Below, piece after piece: positions 1 through 10,918 of a stretch of DNA of 64,000 bases. Position 1 is the stretch's first letter. Every line of letters starts with the position of its first letter. Both the position numbers and the translations under genes were made by a program. The DNA lies in NCBI GenBank assembly GCA_013416795.1, contig RQSC01001202.1:101209-165208 (forward strand), read 5' to 3'. The notes beneath the pieces were generated by a model, which saw only the letters and a program-made list of their open reading frames with translations, searched no databases and was not told where the DNA came from. The stretch comes from Prasinococcaceae sp. CCMP 1430 (Eukaryota; Plantae; Prasinodermophyta).

Positions 1-131
1 CCGGCGCGCCGACGCCATGCGACCCGGTCCTGGCCCGCCCATGGCAGCGGCCGGCGGCACGAGCCCCAGCACCGCGCCGCCTCAACCGCCGCTGCTGCGT
101 CCGGAGCAGGTGTGCGAGGGCGCGCTCGCGN

Positions 132-500
132 TCTTCTTCTTGTTGCCCTTCCTTTTGTGCTTCTTCATGCATTTATTCTTTGACTTGGCCTTCTTGCACA
201 GCTTCTTGATGGCCTTTTTGGCGAGCTTCTTCTTCTTGGACTTCTTCTTCTTGCCTTTCGTTGACTTGGACGCTGTCTCTGACTTCCTCACGCCGTCTTC
301 GTTGACCTCGAGCGCCTGCGCGCAGCATTCGTTGCGGCGTGCGCGCGCCATGATGCGTGCGCGTCAGCACAGCGCGAAGGGCTGCACGTCCGTAGGTGTG
401 GTGGAGGTCCGAAGCGGTCGCGCTCACTTACCGTCTCGGGGCACTCGTAGTCGTCCGAGTAGCACGCAGCAATAAAGTCGCCTAACGGCCCGAAGTGGCA
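132..500 (-). CDS. Partial gene for a Lys-rich, Cys-containing protein (exons ~500-432 and 315-132; runs into the N at 131)
   Basis: GTAAGT donor at 431 and CGCAG acceptor at 316 join ..ECHFGPLGDFIAACYSDDYECPET to ALEVNEDGVRKSETASKSTKGKKKKSKKKKLAKKAIKKLCKKAKSKNKCMKKHKRK in phase 0; start not found. Confidence 0.4.
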
Positions 501-550
501 CTCGCTCCCGCGCTCGCCCCACCGCAGCCGCAGCCGCCACCAACACGGCG

Positions 551-2143
551 GTGGGTACGGCCCCAGCGTGGCACGCGCGCTACCGCGCGGCCCCCGGCGA
601 GGGCCAGTACGTCCTGCCCGTCTTCAGGGGCAACTACGCGCCCCAACTCAACGAGATAGACTCGCCCGGCGCGCTCGAGGTGCTCGAAGGTCAGGTGCCC
701 GCCGACTTCCCCGCGGGCATGTACGTCCGCAACGGCCCCAACCCAGCCAAGGTGCCCGAGCCGGTGCGCGTCAACTTTGGGCCGATTAGCGTCAACTCGG
801 CGAGCCACTGGTTCGAGGGCGACGGTATGCTGCACGGCGTCACGTTCGCGGAGGGCGACGGGGGGGGCATGGTCGCAACGTACCGCAACCGCTTCGTGCA
901 AACGAAGGGCCTGCAGGCGGAGAAGGCGGGCGCGCCGCCGACGGCGCCGCTGATCGACGCGGACGCAGGAGGGATGCTGCTGAGCGTCGTGCGCAACACC
1001 TTCCTCGGTGGCACCGGCGAGGTGTCGAAGAACACCGCCAACACGTCGGTGGTCGCGCACGCGGGCAGGCTGCTCGCGCTCAACGAGGGCGGCCTGCCGC
1101 ACGCCGTGCGCCCCGACCTGAGCACCGTAGGCGAGGACGACCTGAACGGCTCGCTCGACTTCTCCTTCACTGCTCACCCCAAGGCCGACCCGCAGACGGG
1201 GGAGCTGGTCTTCTTCGGCACCGACATCGTGGGCGGCGGCAAGCCCTACGCGCGCGTGGGCGTGATTGGCAGCGACGGCGCGCTCAAGACGCGCATGGAC
1301 GTGGTGTCGGGCCTCGACCTCCCCTCTCTCATGCACGACTGCGCGGCCACGCGCTCGCACACGGTCCTGATCGACGTGCCCATCAACTCGCGGCCCGAGC
1401 GCATGGCCAACGGCGAGAGCCCAATACAATTCGAGAAGGGCCGTGCGCTGCGCTTCGGCGTCGTGCCCAGGCATGGGCCCGCCACTGACATCAGGTGGTT
1501 CGAGGATCGCCCGGGCATGATCTTTCACGTGGCGAACGCCTGGGAAGAGGACGACGGCCAGACGGTGATGATCCGGGCGATGCGCGCCGATGAAGCGACC
1601 ATCACGCCGCCGTCGGACTCCGAGGAGAACTACCTCGCGTGGGTGCGCGAGCGCTTCGCGACCGGCATCTCCAATGTGTGCAAGCTCTTCGAGTACAAAA
1701 TTGACCTCGCGCGCGGCACGCTGGAGTCGCGCGAGCTGCCGAGCCCCGAGGGCGTGCTGATGGAGTTTCCCACGATCAACCCACAGGCCGCCATGTCGGA
1801 CAATGGCTTCACGTACGCCGCAGTGCTCGATGCGGACACCTCTGCGACGACGGGCGCGCCCGTGTATGGTGGCTTGGCGAAGTTCGACCACCGCGCGGGC
1901 GGATTCGCAACGCACAGGCACGGGGAAGGCCGCTTCGGCGGCGAGCCGCAGTTCGTCGCACGAGAGGGCGCCACCACCGAGGACGACGGTTTCGTGGTGA
2001 CCTTCGTCCACGACGAGGCCCAGGAGCGCTCTGAAGTCGTCATCATCGACGCCCAGAGGTTCGACGAGGGGCCCGTGTGCAGACTTGCCGTCCCTCAGAG
2101 AGTACCCTACGGCTTGCACGGCCAGTTCGTGCCGGCGGGGTAG
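551..2143 (+). CDS. Carotenoid cleavage dioxygenase / RPE65-family oxygenase (5' end unresolved)
   Basis: Motifs GMYVRNGPNP, HWFEGDGMLH, ANTSVV; four Fe-ligand His (FTAHPK, LMHDC, IFHVANAWE, YGLHGQF); GEPQFV and EDDGFV near the C-terminus; no in-frame ATG between the stop at 473 and position 719. Confidence 0.9.
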   Translation: MGTAPAWHARYRAAPGEGQYVLPVFRGNYAPQLNEIDSPGALEVLEGQVPADFPAGMYVRNGPNPAKVPEPVRVNFGPISVNSASHWFEGDGMLHGVTFAEGDGGGMVATYRNRFVQTKGLQAEKAGAPPTAPLIDADAGGMLLSVVRNTFLGGTGEVSKNTANTSVVAHAGRLLALNEGGLPHAVRPDLSTVGEDDLNGSLDFSFTAHPKADPQTGELVFFGTDIVGGGKPYARVGVIGSDGALKTRMDVVSGLDLPSLMHDCAATRSHTVLIDVPINSRPERMANGESPIQFEKGRALRFGVVPRHGPATDIRWFEDRPGMIFHVANAWEEDDGQTVMIRAMRADEATITPPSDSEENYLAWVRERFATGISNVCKLFEYKIDLARGTLESRELPSPEGVLMEFPTINPQAAMSDNGFTYAAVLDADTSATTGAPVYGGLAKFDHRAGGFATHRHGEGRFGGEPQFVAREGATTEDDGFVVTFVHDEAQERSEVVIIDAQRFDEGPVCRLAVPQRVPYGLHGQFVPAG

Positions 2144-2481
2144 CTGCGGCGCGCAAGCACCGTCGAGCGCGCCCGGCGCCGTCGCACGCATTCGAGCGCG
2201 GATTCCGCTGTGTTATTCATTTTTGATTGGAACGCCCCTGCCCACCCAACGCCATGCGCCCCCGCCCCCCGCCCTGTTTGTAGTTCGAACTGGGCTGTTG
2301 GCCGAAGAGCGTCGAGAGTCGGGCAAGCGGCCGACGCGACAGCTGCAGCTCCGCGGGGGCGCGGCAACGCAGCGCGCCACATTGGTGCCCGCGGACAGGA
2401 GGGGGGGGGGGGCGCAGGGGTCCCTGCTGTATTCGCGGTGGAGCCTTCGCAGGCGATCGCGGCGCAGGCGGGCGGGGTGAC

Positions 2482-5058
2482 ATGGCGGTCGCGGATGGCG
2501 CGCCGGGGGGAGCGGCGGGCGAGGCGAAGCGCGGGCCAAAGCGCCCGCAGAGCGGAGCCGCGCGAGCGCAGCAGGCGGGCGTGGGAAAGCACAAGCACAA
2601 GCACAAGCACAAGCACAAGCACAAGCACACGGTGAGGGCGCGCCCGGAGCAGTCGGCGGAAGGGGCGCGCACGCAAACCAAGGGCAAGGAGAAGGCGCCG
2701 CCGCAGGGCGAGGCCGCCTCGAAGCCGCGCAGGCGGGCCCGCAGGGCGCCCCCAGTACCTGCTGGCCAGGAGGAGCTGCGTGACGCCATCCTGGCGGCGG
2801 CGCGCGCGCCTCCACCCCTGCGGCTGCGCTGCGGCTTGCCCGTCGGACCGAGCGTGCGCTCGCAGCTGGGCTTCATAGGCGTGTACTTCGACCCGCGCTT
2901 GCGCGCCTCAGAGCACCCATACGAAGCGTGTCTGGTGTTCGACCGTGTCGACGCGCAAGGCCAAGCCATCGGAGGCTTTTCTCGATGGGGGAATCACGCG
3001 TCCGAGTACCGAGCAGCCCTCGCAGTCGACCTCGGCTTGCTTTGCGAAGGTTACAGGACGGTGAACTTCCGGCTCAAGGGTGCGCCCCCGCGCATGCCGT
3101 TGTTGAGCGCGCTCTCGCGCGCCACTGACAACCCTTTGAGGCTGTGCGTGCCCGTGCGTGGCGGCCCGCTGACGAACGCGCCTTCCGTATCGCTGCCCGA
3201 ACGTCTACCGTCCGCAGCCGGGCGGCTCGAGCTGAACACAGAGCGAGCGAGCACTCCAATCGTCCCGCTGTCTCTCCGCTGTGTTCCTGCCGAGCAGACG
3301 GCGCCGGCCGACCCACAGTACAGCGGGGCCGCACGCGCGGCGAAGGCGGCGGTTGCAACGCCTAGCGAGAGCGACGACGTCGACTCTAGCACTCAGGGTG
3401 ACTACGACGACCCTGCCGACGAAGACTACGACACAGGCGAGCAGCGCACCAGGCACGTCGCCCCTCCTGGCGACGCGAGGCTTCCCCACAAGGCCGCCGC
3501 CTGCGGCCCAACGCTGTCCGACTATCAGGCGGCCTCTGAGGGGCTGCGGTCAGAGAAAGATGGTTACAGCGTTGAAGGTGCACGCGCGCGCGCGCGCCGT
3601 CTCATCGAGCAAGGCCAAGGCAAGGTGCGGAGACGACCTCGGCAAACAGGACCCGACAAGTGGGGAGCCTACGTCGAACAGAATGGGAGGCCCATGTATC
3701 TCGGGTTGTTCGATCGCGAAGAGGACGCAGTGGTGGCACGTCTGCTCGCGGAGGATCGCTCGGCCTCGCAAGGCCAGGGGAAGGAGCAGCGGTGGCAGCA
3801 ACTCGAGGACACGAGAAACTGGAAACAGTTGGACAGATTCGAATCGTTGCCGCCGCCAAAGCAGCCAAGCGGGGTGCATGCTCAAGAGCTGGAGACGCTG
3901 ACGGTGGCGCAGGTGGCTACCCTCCTGTCGCGGCCGTCGACACTGGCGTTGCTCATGGGCAAGCACGTGACACAGCGCTCCGCCGCACTCTGCGCTTGGT
4001 TTTCGCTAGCCGAGCGCGTACTGCTGTGGGCACTCATCCCGCCGCACAAGCCCAAGTCTGGCGCAGATGAGAAGGAAGGCCCGGGCGACACCACCCCAGC
4101 CGCGGCCACCGGCAGCGACCGCGGTGAGCACCACGGCATCTTTAGCGTCAACGAAATAGCAGCTCGTCTGTCGACCACGACGTCAGGCGGCTCCGCAGTC
4201 ACGCGTGCGCTTGGGCAGAACGGCGGCATCGACCCGAAGTTGGCGTCCCTGAGCGCATCGGAGGTGCAGAAGGCGCATGCATCGCTCAAGGGGAGAGGGT
4301 ACACCGTCGGCTCCGTGGAACAGGGCAACTTGGATGTCCCGTGCATCAGCCTGACCATGGAAGGGAGGAGGGTGACTCGCTGGTGCAGTCGTGGCGAAAA
4401 CGCTGCGAGGGAGGAGCTCCTGCGACAGGAAGTTTCTAATCCGATTGGAGCCGCAGCGGTCAAGCTCGCCTCGGCCAGGGCACTCCTCGCCGCCAGCAGC
4501 TTTGGAGGCGAGAAGAATCGGAAACGGACACGTCAAGCGAATATGCCCGACGGTCGCGGCACCGAGGATCCAGATGATGACGCGGACATTGACATCGCCT
4601 CGGCCAGGGCACTCCTCGCCGCCAGCAGCTTTGGAGGTGGAAAGAATCGGAAACGGACACGTCAAGCGAATGTGCCCGACGGTCGCGGCCCCAAGGATCC
4701 AGATGATGACGTGGACATTGACATCGGCACGTGCGCCGCTTTGCAATCTCCCGCCGCGAGGCCTGAGGAGGCAGGGGCGGAAGACAAGAGCAGCGGTGCT
4801 GCCGTCAGTGGCGGCGGCGGCGACGGTGACGGTAGTGGCGCTCCCACCACCGCCGCCGCTGCCCCTGATGTCGAGGCCGCTGCTGCTGTGTGCACCTCAC
4901 ACACTGACAGCGACATCAGCACGGGCGGCGCGCCGTCACCCGGCCCGAACACCGGCGTCGGGGACCACCACCACCACCAGAGCGGCGGCAGCCCAGGCGC
5001 GGACACAGCATCGCTCGCCGAAGAGGCCCTGGATAGCGGCGCGGACCTGTCCATCTAG
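2482..5058 (+). CDS. AP2-domain DNA-binding protein with two AP2-like domains and low-complexity termini
   Basis: GFIGVYFDP..PYEACL..ASEYRAALAVDLGLL..RTVNF and DKWGAYVEQNGRPMYLGLFDREEDAVVAR match the AP2 pattern (GV..KW.A.I...YLG.F.T.EEAA.AYD..LNF); 858-aa open frame. Confidence 0.7.
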   Translation: MAVADGAPGGAAGEAKRGPKRPQSGAARAQQAGVGKHKHKHKHKHKHKHTVRARPEQSAEGARTQTKGKEKAPPQGEAASKPRRRARRAPPVPAGQEELRDAILAAARAPPPLRLRCGLPVGPSVRSQLGFIGVYFDPRLRASEHPYEACLVFDRVDAQGQAIGGFSRWGNHASEYRAALAVDLGLLCEGYRTVNFRLKGAPPRMPLLSALSRATDNPLRLCVPVRGGPLTNAPSVSLPERLPSAAGRLELNTERASTPIVPLSLRCVPAEQTAPADPQYSGAARAAKAAVATPSESDDVDSSTQGDYDDPADEDYDTGEQRTRHVAPPGDARLPHKAAACGPTLSDYQAASEGLRSEKDGYSVEGARARARRLIEQGQGKVRRRPRQTGPDKWGAYVEQNGRPMYLGLFDREEDAVVARLLAEDRSASQGQGKEQRWQQLEDTRNWKQLDRFESLPPPKQPSGVHAQELETLTVAQVATLLSRPSTLALLMGKHVTQRSAALCAWFSLAERVLLWALIPPHKPKSGADEKEGPGDTTPAAATGSDRGEHHGIFSVNEIAARLSTTTSGGSAVTRALGQNGGIDPKLASLSASEVQKAHASLKGRGYTVGSVEQGNLDVPCISLTMEGRRVTRWCSRGENAAREELLRQEVSNPIGAAAVKLASARALLAASSFGGEKNRKRTRQANMPDGRGTEDPDDDADIDIASARALLAASSFGGGKNRKRTRQANVPDGRGPKDPDDDVDIDIGTCAALQSPAARPEEAGAEDKSSGAAVSGGGGDGDGSGAPTTAAAAPDVEAAAAVCTSHTDSDISTGGAPSPGPNTGVGDHHHHQSGGSPGADTASLAEEALDSGADLSI
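2587..2628 (+). repeat. (AAGCAC)7 microsatellite encoding (KH)7
   Basis: Seven perfect hexamer copies read directly. Confidence 0.9.
4468..4725 (+). repeat. 129-bp (43-aa) direct tandem duplication inside the AP2 ORF
   Basis: gcctcggccagggcactcctcgccgccagcagctttggagg.. starts at 4468 and again at 4597; copies nearly identical. Confidence 0.9.
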
Positions 5059-6714
5059 AGTGTCAGTTGGCGGGGGCGGGGGGGGGGGGAGGCACGCAGA
5101 GGCACGCCGCACGCTGCAGCACCCCGAGGCGGGCGCCGTGCCCTCCCACGCGCGCGGCCACCTGCCGATACATCGGTGGCGCCGCCTTGTAAAACGGACG
5201 GGCGCTCCCGAGCGCCCCTGCTCGCCTCGCCTCGCCTCCTCTCTCTGGCCAGCTGGCGGTGCCGCGACACTCCGGCCGGCGGCGGCGGCGTTTCGCACAT
5301 TGAGATTTGAATCGCAGTTTCGAGGCGGCACCCCGCCAGCGAGTTGGCAGCGCCGCGCCGGAAGCCCTGCGCCGGAGTGCGCAGCGGCGCCACAGCGCGC
5401 GGGACGCGCGTGGGGCGGCAAGGGGGCGCGCGCTTAGTCCTCGGGGCGCAACGTGAAGCCGTCCGCCGTCCGCCGCTGCCGCGCCGCGCCGCTCGAGGAC
5501 CGCCGCGCGCGCCCGCGCGGGCGCGGCCCGCCTCGCTCGCCTTCTCCTCTTCCGCCCGCTTCGAGTCACCTGTCTGTGAGCGGGACCTCCCTGCGTGGCC
5601 TTTGATGGGTGCCGGCCGGCGCTGTTGTTGGTTCGTTGTTGGTGTTGGTGTGTGTGTTGTTGGTTGGTTCCCTCGCAGCATGCAAATGGGGCGGGAGCGG
5701 CGGCGGCGCGGGCGGCGAGCCAGCGGGCGCCGCGGGCGCATCATGACAGGCACGGACGGAGAGAGGTGCTTGCGACTCGGCATGCCTTCCGACCTTCCAT
5801 CACATCGCAGGCGCGCGAGCTCGAGCCGCGAGAGGCTCGAGCGGCTCCTTGCAGCTCGCGCTCGCGGTGCTCGCGGTGCTCGCGGCCTCGTACCGCTCGC
5901 GCGAGCGAGCCACATTACTTTCCCGTTTGTTATGATACCTATGATCTGAGTGTACTATCCTCACGAGCCGTGGCGCACGGTCGGGGCGCATCGAGTTCGG
6001 CCTTGGCGGCGGCGGCAAGCATGCGGCGGCTGATGTGCAGGTCAAATCGCATGCGGGGGAACGCGGGGGCGTTTTCGCACGTCAAATCGCATGGGCGGCC
6101 CTCGCGGCAACGGATTTTGACGTACGGGGGGGCGAAGCCGGCGGCCGCGCGGCGCCGCGGCGCGGCTGCGGCACGGGGCNNNNNNNNNNNNNNNNNNNNN
6201 NNNNNNNNNNNNNNNNNNNNNNNNNNNNNNNNNNNNNNNNNNNNNNNNNNNNNNNNNNNNNNNNNNNNNNNNNNNNNNNNNNNNNNNNNNNNNNNNNNNN
6301 NNNNNNNNNNNNNNNNNNNNNNNNNNNNNNNNNNNNNNNNNNNNNNNNNNNNNNNNNNNNNNNNNNNNNNNNNNNNNNNNNNNNNNNNNNNNNNNNNNNN
6401 NNNNNNNNNNNNNNNNNNNNNNNNNNNNNNNNNNNNNNNNNNNNNNNNNNNNNNNGATGCCCCCGCTATCTTCCGGCGCGGGGGGCGCGGGGACCGCGCG
6501 CGCCCCGCGCAGCGCGCCCTCCGCGCAGTGCACTCCGCGCAGGGGGCGCGGCCGCCGCCGCGCTATTTTTTTTGTTCGAAGGTCATTTTGCATTGCGCAT
6601 GCAAAGTGCAGCGAAGGCAAAAAAAAAAAAAAGTCGCCCGCGCCACGACGCCGACAGCGCCGAGCGAGTTCGCGTGCTGACGCCGCCCCTCGCTGCGCAC
6701 TTGCGACCCAACAG

Positions 6715-6954
6715 GAGCCCGTGGTCGACCGCAAGAAGGTGAAGCACATCCAGCACGACGGCAACATCACCATGAACGACGTGTACGAGACCGCGCGCAT
6801 TATGCGCCCCCGCAGCATGGCCCGCCACTTCTCTGGCACCGTCAAGGAGATCCTCGGCACTTGCGTGTCCGTGGGCTGCACGGTGGACGGCGAGGACCCC
6901 AAGGACCTGCAGGCGCAGATCGACGATGGGGAGCTCGTCTGCCCGGACGAGTAA
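6715..6954 (+). CDS. RPL12: 60S ribosomal protein L12 (uL11), last exon; earlier exons fall in or near the gap 6180-6455
   Basis: After the CAACAG acceptor: [59 protein letters not shown], the uL11 C-terminal signature. Confidence 0.93.
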   Translation, partial: EPVVDRKKVKHIQHDGNITMNDVYETARIMRPRSMARHFSGTVKEILGTCVSVGCTVDGEDPKDLQAQIDDGELVCPDE

Positions 6955-7435
6955 ATAATTACGGCTTGCGCGGCGGGAGCGCTCGGCGGCCTCAGGTGGC
7001 GAGGCCGCTTGCACGCAAGTAGTAGGCGGCACGGGGGGCCAGCGCGTGTTCGGTACACGTGCAAACAAGCGGCGATGGCTCGTTGGAGCACGCGCTTGAC
7101 ACACACTTCGCGAGGTGCGCAGCGGGGAGGCACAGGCCCAGCCATACCTTAGCACCGAACGGAATTAATGCCTTTTCAGGAAAACAACACTCAGAAGCAC
7201 GCAGCGTCCGACCCGCGCTCGCAGGGCCACCACCCCTAGCGCGCTCAGTGGCCGGGCCTCGGGCGCCCGTCCGCCGTGCGTGCTCAACCCGCTTCGCCGT
7301 GCCGCCGCGCGTGGGCCGCGAGTGGTACCTGGGTACTGTGGCACGTATTAACAAAAAAAGCGCGCACACCGCGCGCGCGCTCTCCTCCTCGTCACTTATT
7401 GCGCCTGCCGCGCCGGTGAGGCGAAAGAGGGCCCC

Positions 7436-8005
7436 CTAGGGCGTGATCGACGTCTCGCACGGCTGGAAGTCGACCTGCCCGCTCATGATGATGGCCACGA
7501 TGACGCCGAACAGGCCGAGCGCGGAGCCGAAGATCTCAATCACCAGGATCTTGACGAAGAGCGTGGAGTTCTGCGCGTCGGAGAGCGCGCACGAGCTGCC
7601 AATTACGCCCACGCACACGCCGCACACTAGGTTCGCCATCCCGCAGGTGAGGCCCGCGCCGAAGAGCGAATAGCCGCTGAACATGGACTTTCCTGACCAC
7701 GAGCCGTCGGGGCAGTCCGCGACGTTCGTCATCTTGATTTGCAGGATGATGGCGACGATCACACCGTAGATGGCCACTGCCTCGCAGAAGATCACACTGA
7801 TCAGATTCTTGGACGTGATGCGCGGGGCGGCGATGCTTGCGCCAAGCAGCGACGCGCCGGTGATATAGATGCCCCACGCGGCGCCCAGCACGCTCAACCC
7901 CATGGAGAGGGCAATGCCAAGCGCCGAAAACATGTACGGCGACATGTGCGTGAACACATCGTTCGCGCTGACCTCGAACGTCACGTCATCGACGGTGACG
8001 TCCAT
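7436..8005 (-). CDS. ATP6V0B: V-type H+-ATPase 21-kDa proteolipid subunit c''
   Basis: [71 protein letters not shown]; single exon. Confidence 0.95.
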   Translation of the reverse strand: MDVTVDDVTFEVSANDVFTHMSPYMFSALGIALSMGLSVLGAAWGIYITGASLLGASIAAPRITSKNLISVIFCEAVAIYGVIVAIILQIKMTNVADCPDGSWSGKSMFSGYSLFGAGLTCGMANLVCGVCVGVIGSSCALSDAQNSTLFVKILVIEIFGSALGLFGVIVAIIMSGQVDFQPCETSITP

Positions 8006-8189
8006 AGTGCCCTTCCTTCCCCACTACCACTGCCTCTCCTTTGACCGTCCCGCGCGCCTTGCCCTCAACCTTTGCGCTCGCGAGCGCGCGCGCCGCGTGG
8101 GAGAGAAGTCCCAGCGGGTGTTCGCCCCGCAGCGCCGCCGCCGCGGGCGGTGGGCCAGCGAGCACCACGCGGCTCAGCCAGGGGAGACA

Positions 8190-10571
8190 ATGGCGGAGAC
8201 GGTACCGCCTCCTGATGCGGACGCGGCCCAGTGCGTGGACTTGCAGATGGTCAGGGCGTCGATGGGGCACGTGCAGAGCCGGCTGGCGTCGCTGGGCAAC
8301 CTTGAGCAGCCGCAGCCTGTGGGTATATCGTGGAGCGACCTTAGCTTCAGCGTGCCGCTGGCAGACAAGTCCACGAAGGTCATCATCGATCGTGCGAGCG
8401 GCTACTGTGTGCCCGGGTCGCTGCTCGCGATCATGGGATCGTCGGGGGCAGGCAAGACCACCTTATTGAACTGCCTGGCGCGGCGGGTGCCGCGCAAGGG
8501 CACCACGAGCGGCAAGGTGCTCTACAACGGCCAGGAATGGGGGGCGTGCGAGCGCGCGATGCGCACGCTGGCGGCATACATCACGCAGGACGACCTCGTC
8601 ATGCAGACGCAGACAGTGCGCGAAATACTGATGTTCAGCGCGCGCATGCGCCTTGGCAAGGGGACTTCGTCGAGTGACAAGAAGAAGGTCGTCGACGAGG
8701 TGCTGCGGCAATTGCGCCTGGAGAAAGCTTCCGATACCATAGTTGGGGACCCCGAGCGCGGCGGCATCAGCGGGGGGGAGAGGAAACGCGTCAACATAGG
8801 AGTGGAGCTCGTGACCAACCCGTCGCTCCTCTTTGTTGATGAGCCAACTTCGGGGCTGGACTCGTCGACCGCGCGCACCGTCATCGAAACGACCAAGGAG
8901 CTCGCAGCTGACGGGCGCTCAGTGCTCGTCACGATCCACCAGCCCTCCAGTGAGGTGTTCTTTATGTTCAAGCGCCTCCTGCTGCTGCACAAGGGCCGAA
9001 CGGTGTTTTTCGACGAGACAAACAACGTCGTGCCTTACTTCACGAGCCTCGACTACGTCTGCCCGCCGCACCACAACCCCGCCGAGTTCATCATGGCGGT
9101 GCTCCTTGACTCCTCGACGGGGAACGACAGCGCGGGCACGGACTTCATTGTGAAGTGGGACGAGCATGTGACGGAGGACAATATCTCCCTTGAGATGCCG
9201 CCAGAGGAGCTGGCGGTGCTCGAACCGCCGCGCGCGAAGGCGGGCGGCAGGCTGGGCTTCCTGGGCGAGGTGTTTGTCGTATTTTTGCGCGCATGCTCGA
9301 ACTTCGTGCGGGAGAAGATGCTGTTCCAAGCCCGCATCGCGCAGACGATCTTCTTCGCGATCCTGTGCGGGCTACTGTTCTTTAACCTCACCTCGAACCA
9401 GCAAGGCGTCCAGGACCGCCTGGGCTTGCTTTTCTTTGTCTCCATCAATCAGTTGATGTTGCCCATGCTTGGCTCCGTCCTTACCTTCCCGATGGAGAAG
9501 GACATATTCAAGCGGGAGCATCGCTCGGGCTTCTACAGCGTCTGGTCCTACTTCACTGCAAAGTCAATTGCGGAGATACCCTTCCAGATCGTGTTTCCGT
9601 TCGTCTTCACGTGCATCTTTTACTACATGGCGGGATTGCGCAGCGCGGCGCAGTACTTCTTCTTGTGTGCACTCACGCTGATGTACGTACCGTCAGTCAG
9701 GGGCTCCTTTTGGCTGGATGCGTCTTTGCTTGCGTGTCCCTCCCCTAGCTAGCGCGTGTGCTTTGACGTCGAGTCGTATTTGTCTCGCAAAACCACATGC
9801 ATGCACAGCGCTGACACGCAGCTTGGCCGTGGCGCGCGAGCTGGAATAGCATGGACGCCGTGGCCGCGCAGTCGCTGGGCCTCGCACTGGGGGCCGCCGC
9901 GCCCAATCCACAGATTGCTATACTGGTGCGTTGATGATGATGCGCTGGCACGCTCCCGTTGCACCTGCTGTGCCGGCACCACGATGCTCGTTTGCGGACC
10001 AACATCAGGCTCTCGAGTCTCATCCTGACTGACATGCGGAACTCCAACAAAACCACGCGTGCACGCGCACACATGTCGCTAGCTCGTCGGCGTGACTCTG
10101 ATCCCCATGATCCTGGCCGGAGGTTTCTTTGCCAGCCGCAATGTACGTTGCGCTCGCCCGCCCGCTCTGTGATCCAGCTCGCGCCGCGTAGCGGCGGCTG
10201 TGTGCTCCACTTTCGCCATCTGACCGCCTACCCCACGCCATGCGACTGCGCAGCGGCTCGACCCGTACTGGCTGTGGCTCGAGTACATCTCGCCCCTTTC
10301 CTGGACCTTCGCGAGCCTCTCCGTTAATGAGTTCCGAGGCAACGTGTTGTGCTCCTGTGCGTCGAACGACACTCCAGCGATACAGATCGTCGCGAATTGC
10401 ACAGCGGTGTGCGGGTGCTCGGCTACCTCCTGCATTGACGGCGACGACGTGTTGGCCTCGCAGTTCATGGACGACAGCTCCGTTGGCATGTCGATGCTTG
10501 CTCTCAGCGTGTTTACCATCGTGCTGCGGGCAGTACTTGCGCTCGCCCTGTTTTTGCAGACGAGGCTTTGA
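8190..10571 (+). CDS. ABCG (White-type) half transporter; exons 8190-9682, 9850-9925, 10083-10142, 10254-10571
   Basis: Walker A GSSGAGKTT, signature ISGGERKR, Walker B LFVDEPTSGLD, H-loop TIHQP, then a TMD; GT-AG introns with consistent phases. Confidence 0.93.
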
Positions 10572-10918
10572 GTGCGCAAGGACTGAGTGAGTGAGTGTAT
10601 ACCAGAGCGATCGCGCCCGCACTGCGGCGAAGGTCGTTGTTGCACCATGTTATTTTCCTTTTCTTTTGTACACACCGCACTGTACGGCCCGGTCAGGTCA
10701 GAGCGGAAGCGGCACAATGGCGTCAATGACTGCGAGCACCGTCCTCAGAGGTGCCCACTCAAGCATATTTGGAGAGAGCCTTCCGTTAGAGACGACGACT
10801 CCTCCCAAGCTGCGCACGACCTCTGTTGCGTCCGGCCCGCGCCGAGGTGAGCAGCCGGCGCAGCGAGCCCTCGTGTCAGCGTCCCGCATGCACGTTTGAT
10901 TGTTGCCGGAGATAGCTG

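Noticed and set aside
482-2191. 569-aa antisense ORF over the carotenoid oxygenase; similar long shadow ORFs at 39557-41521 (-), 46370-48688 (-), 50711-52270 (+) and many others
   Set aside because: Expected in ~70% GC, GC3-biased DNA; Arg/Ala-rich with no motifs, lying opposite or across well-supported genes
2278-2300. GTTCGAAC resembling a tRNA B-box
   Set aside because: No cloverleaf, A-box or acceptor stem
2482-5058. AP2 gene as part of a transposon or homing endonuclease
   Set aside because: No HNH, integrase or transposase motifs, and no terminal repeats or TSD seen
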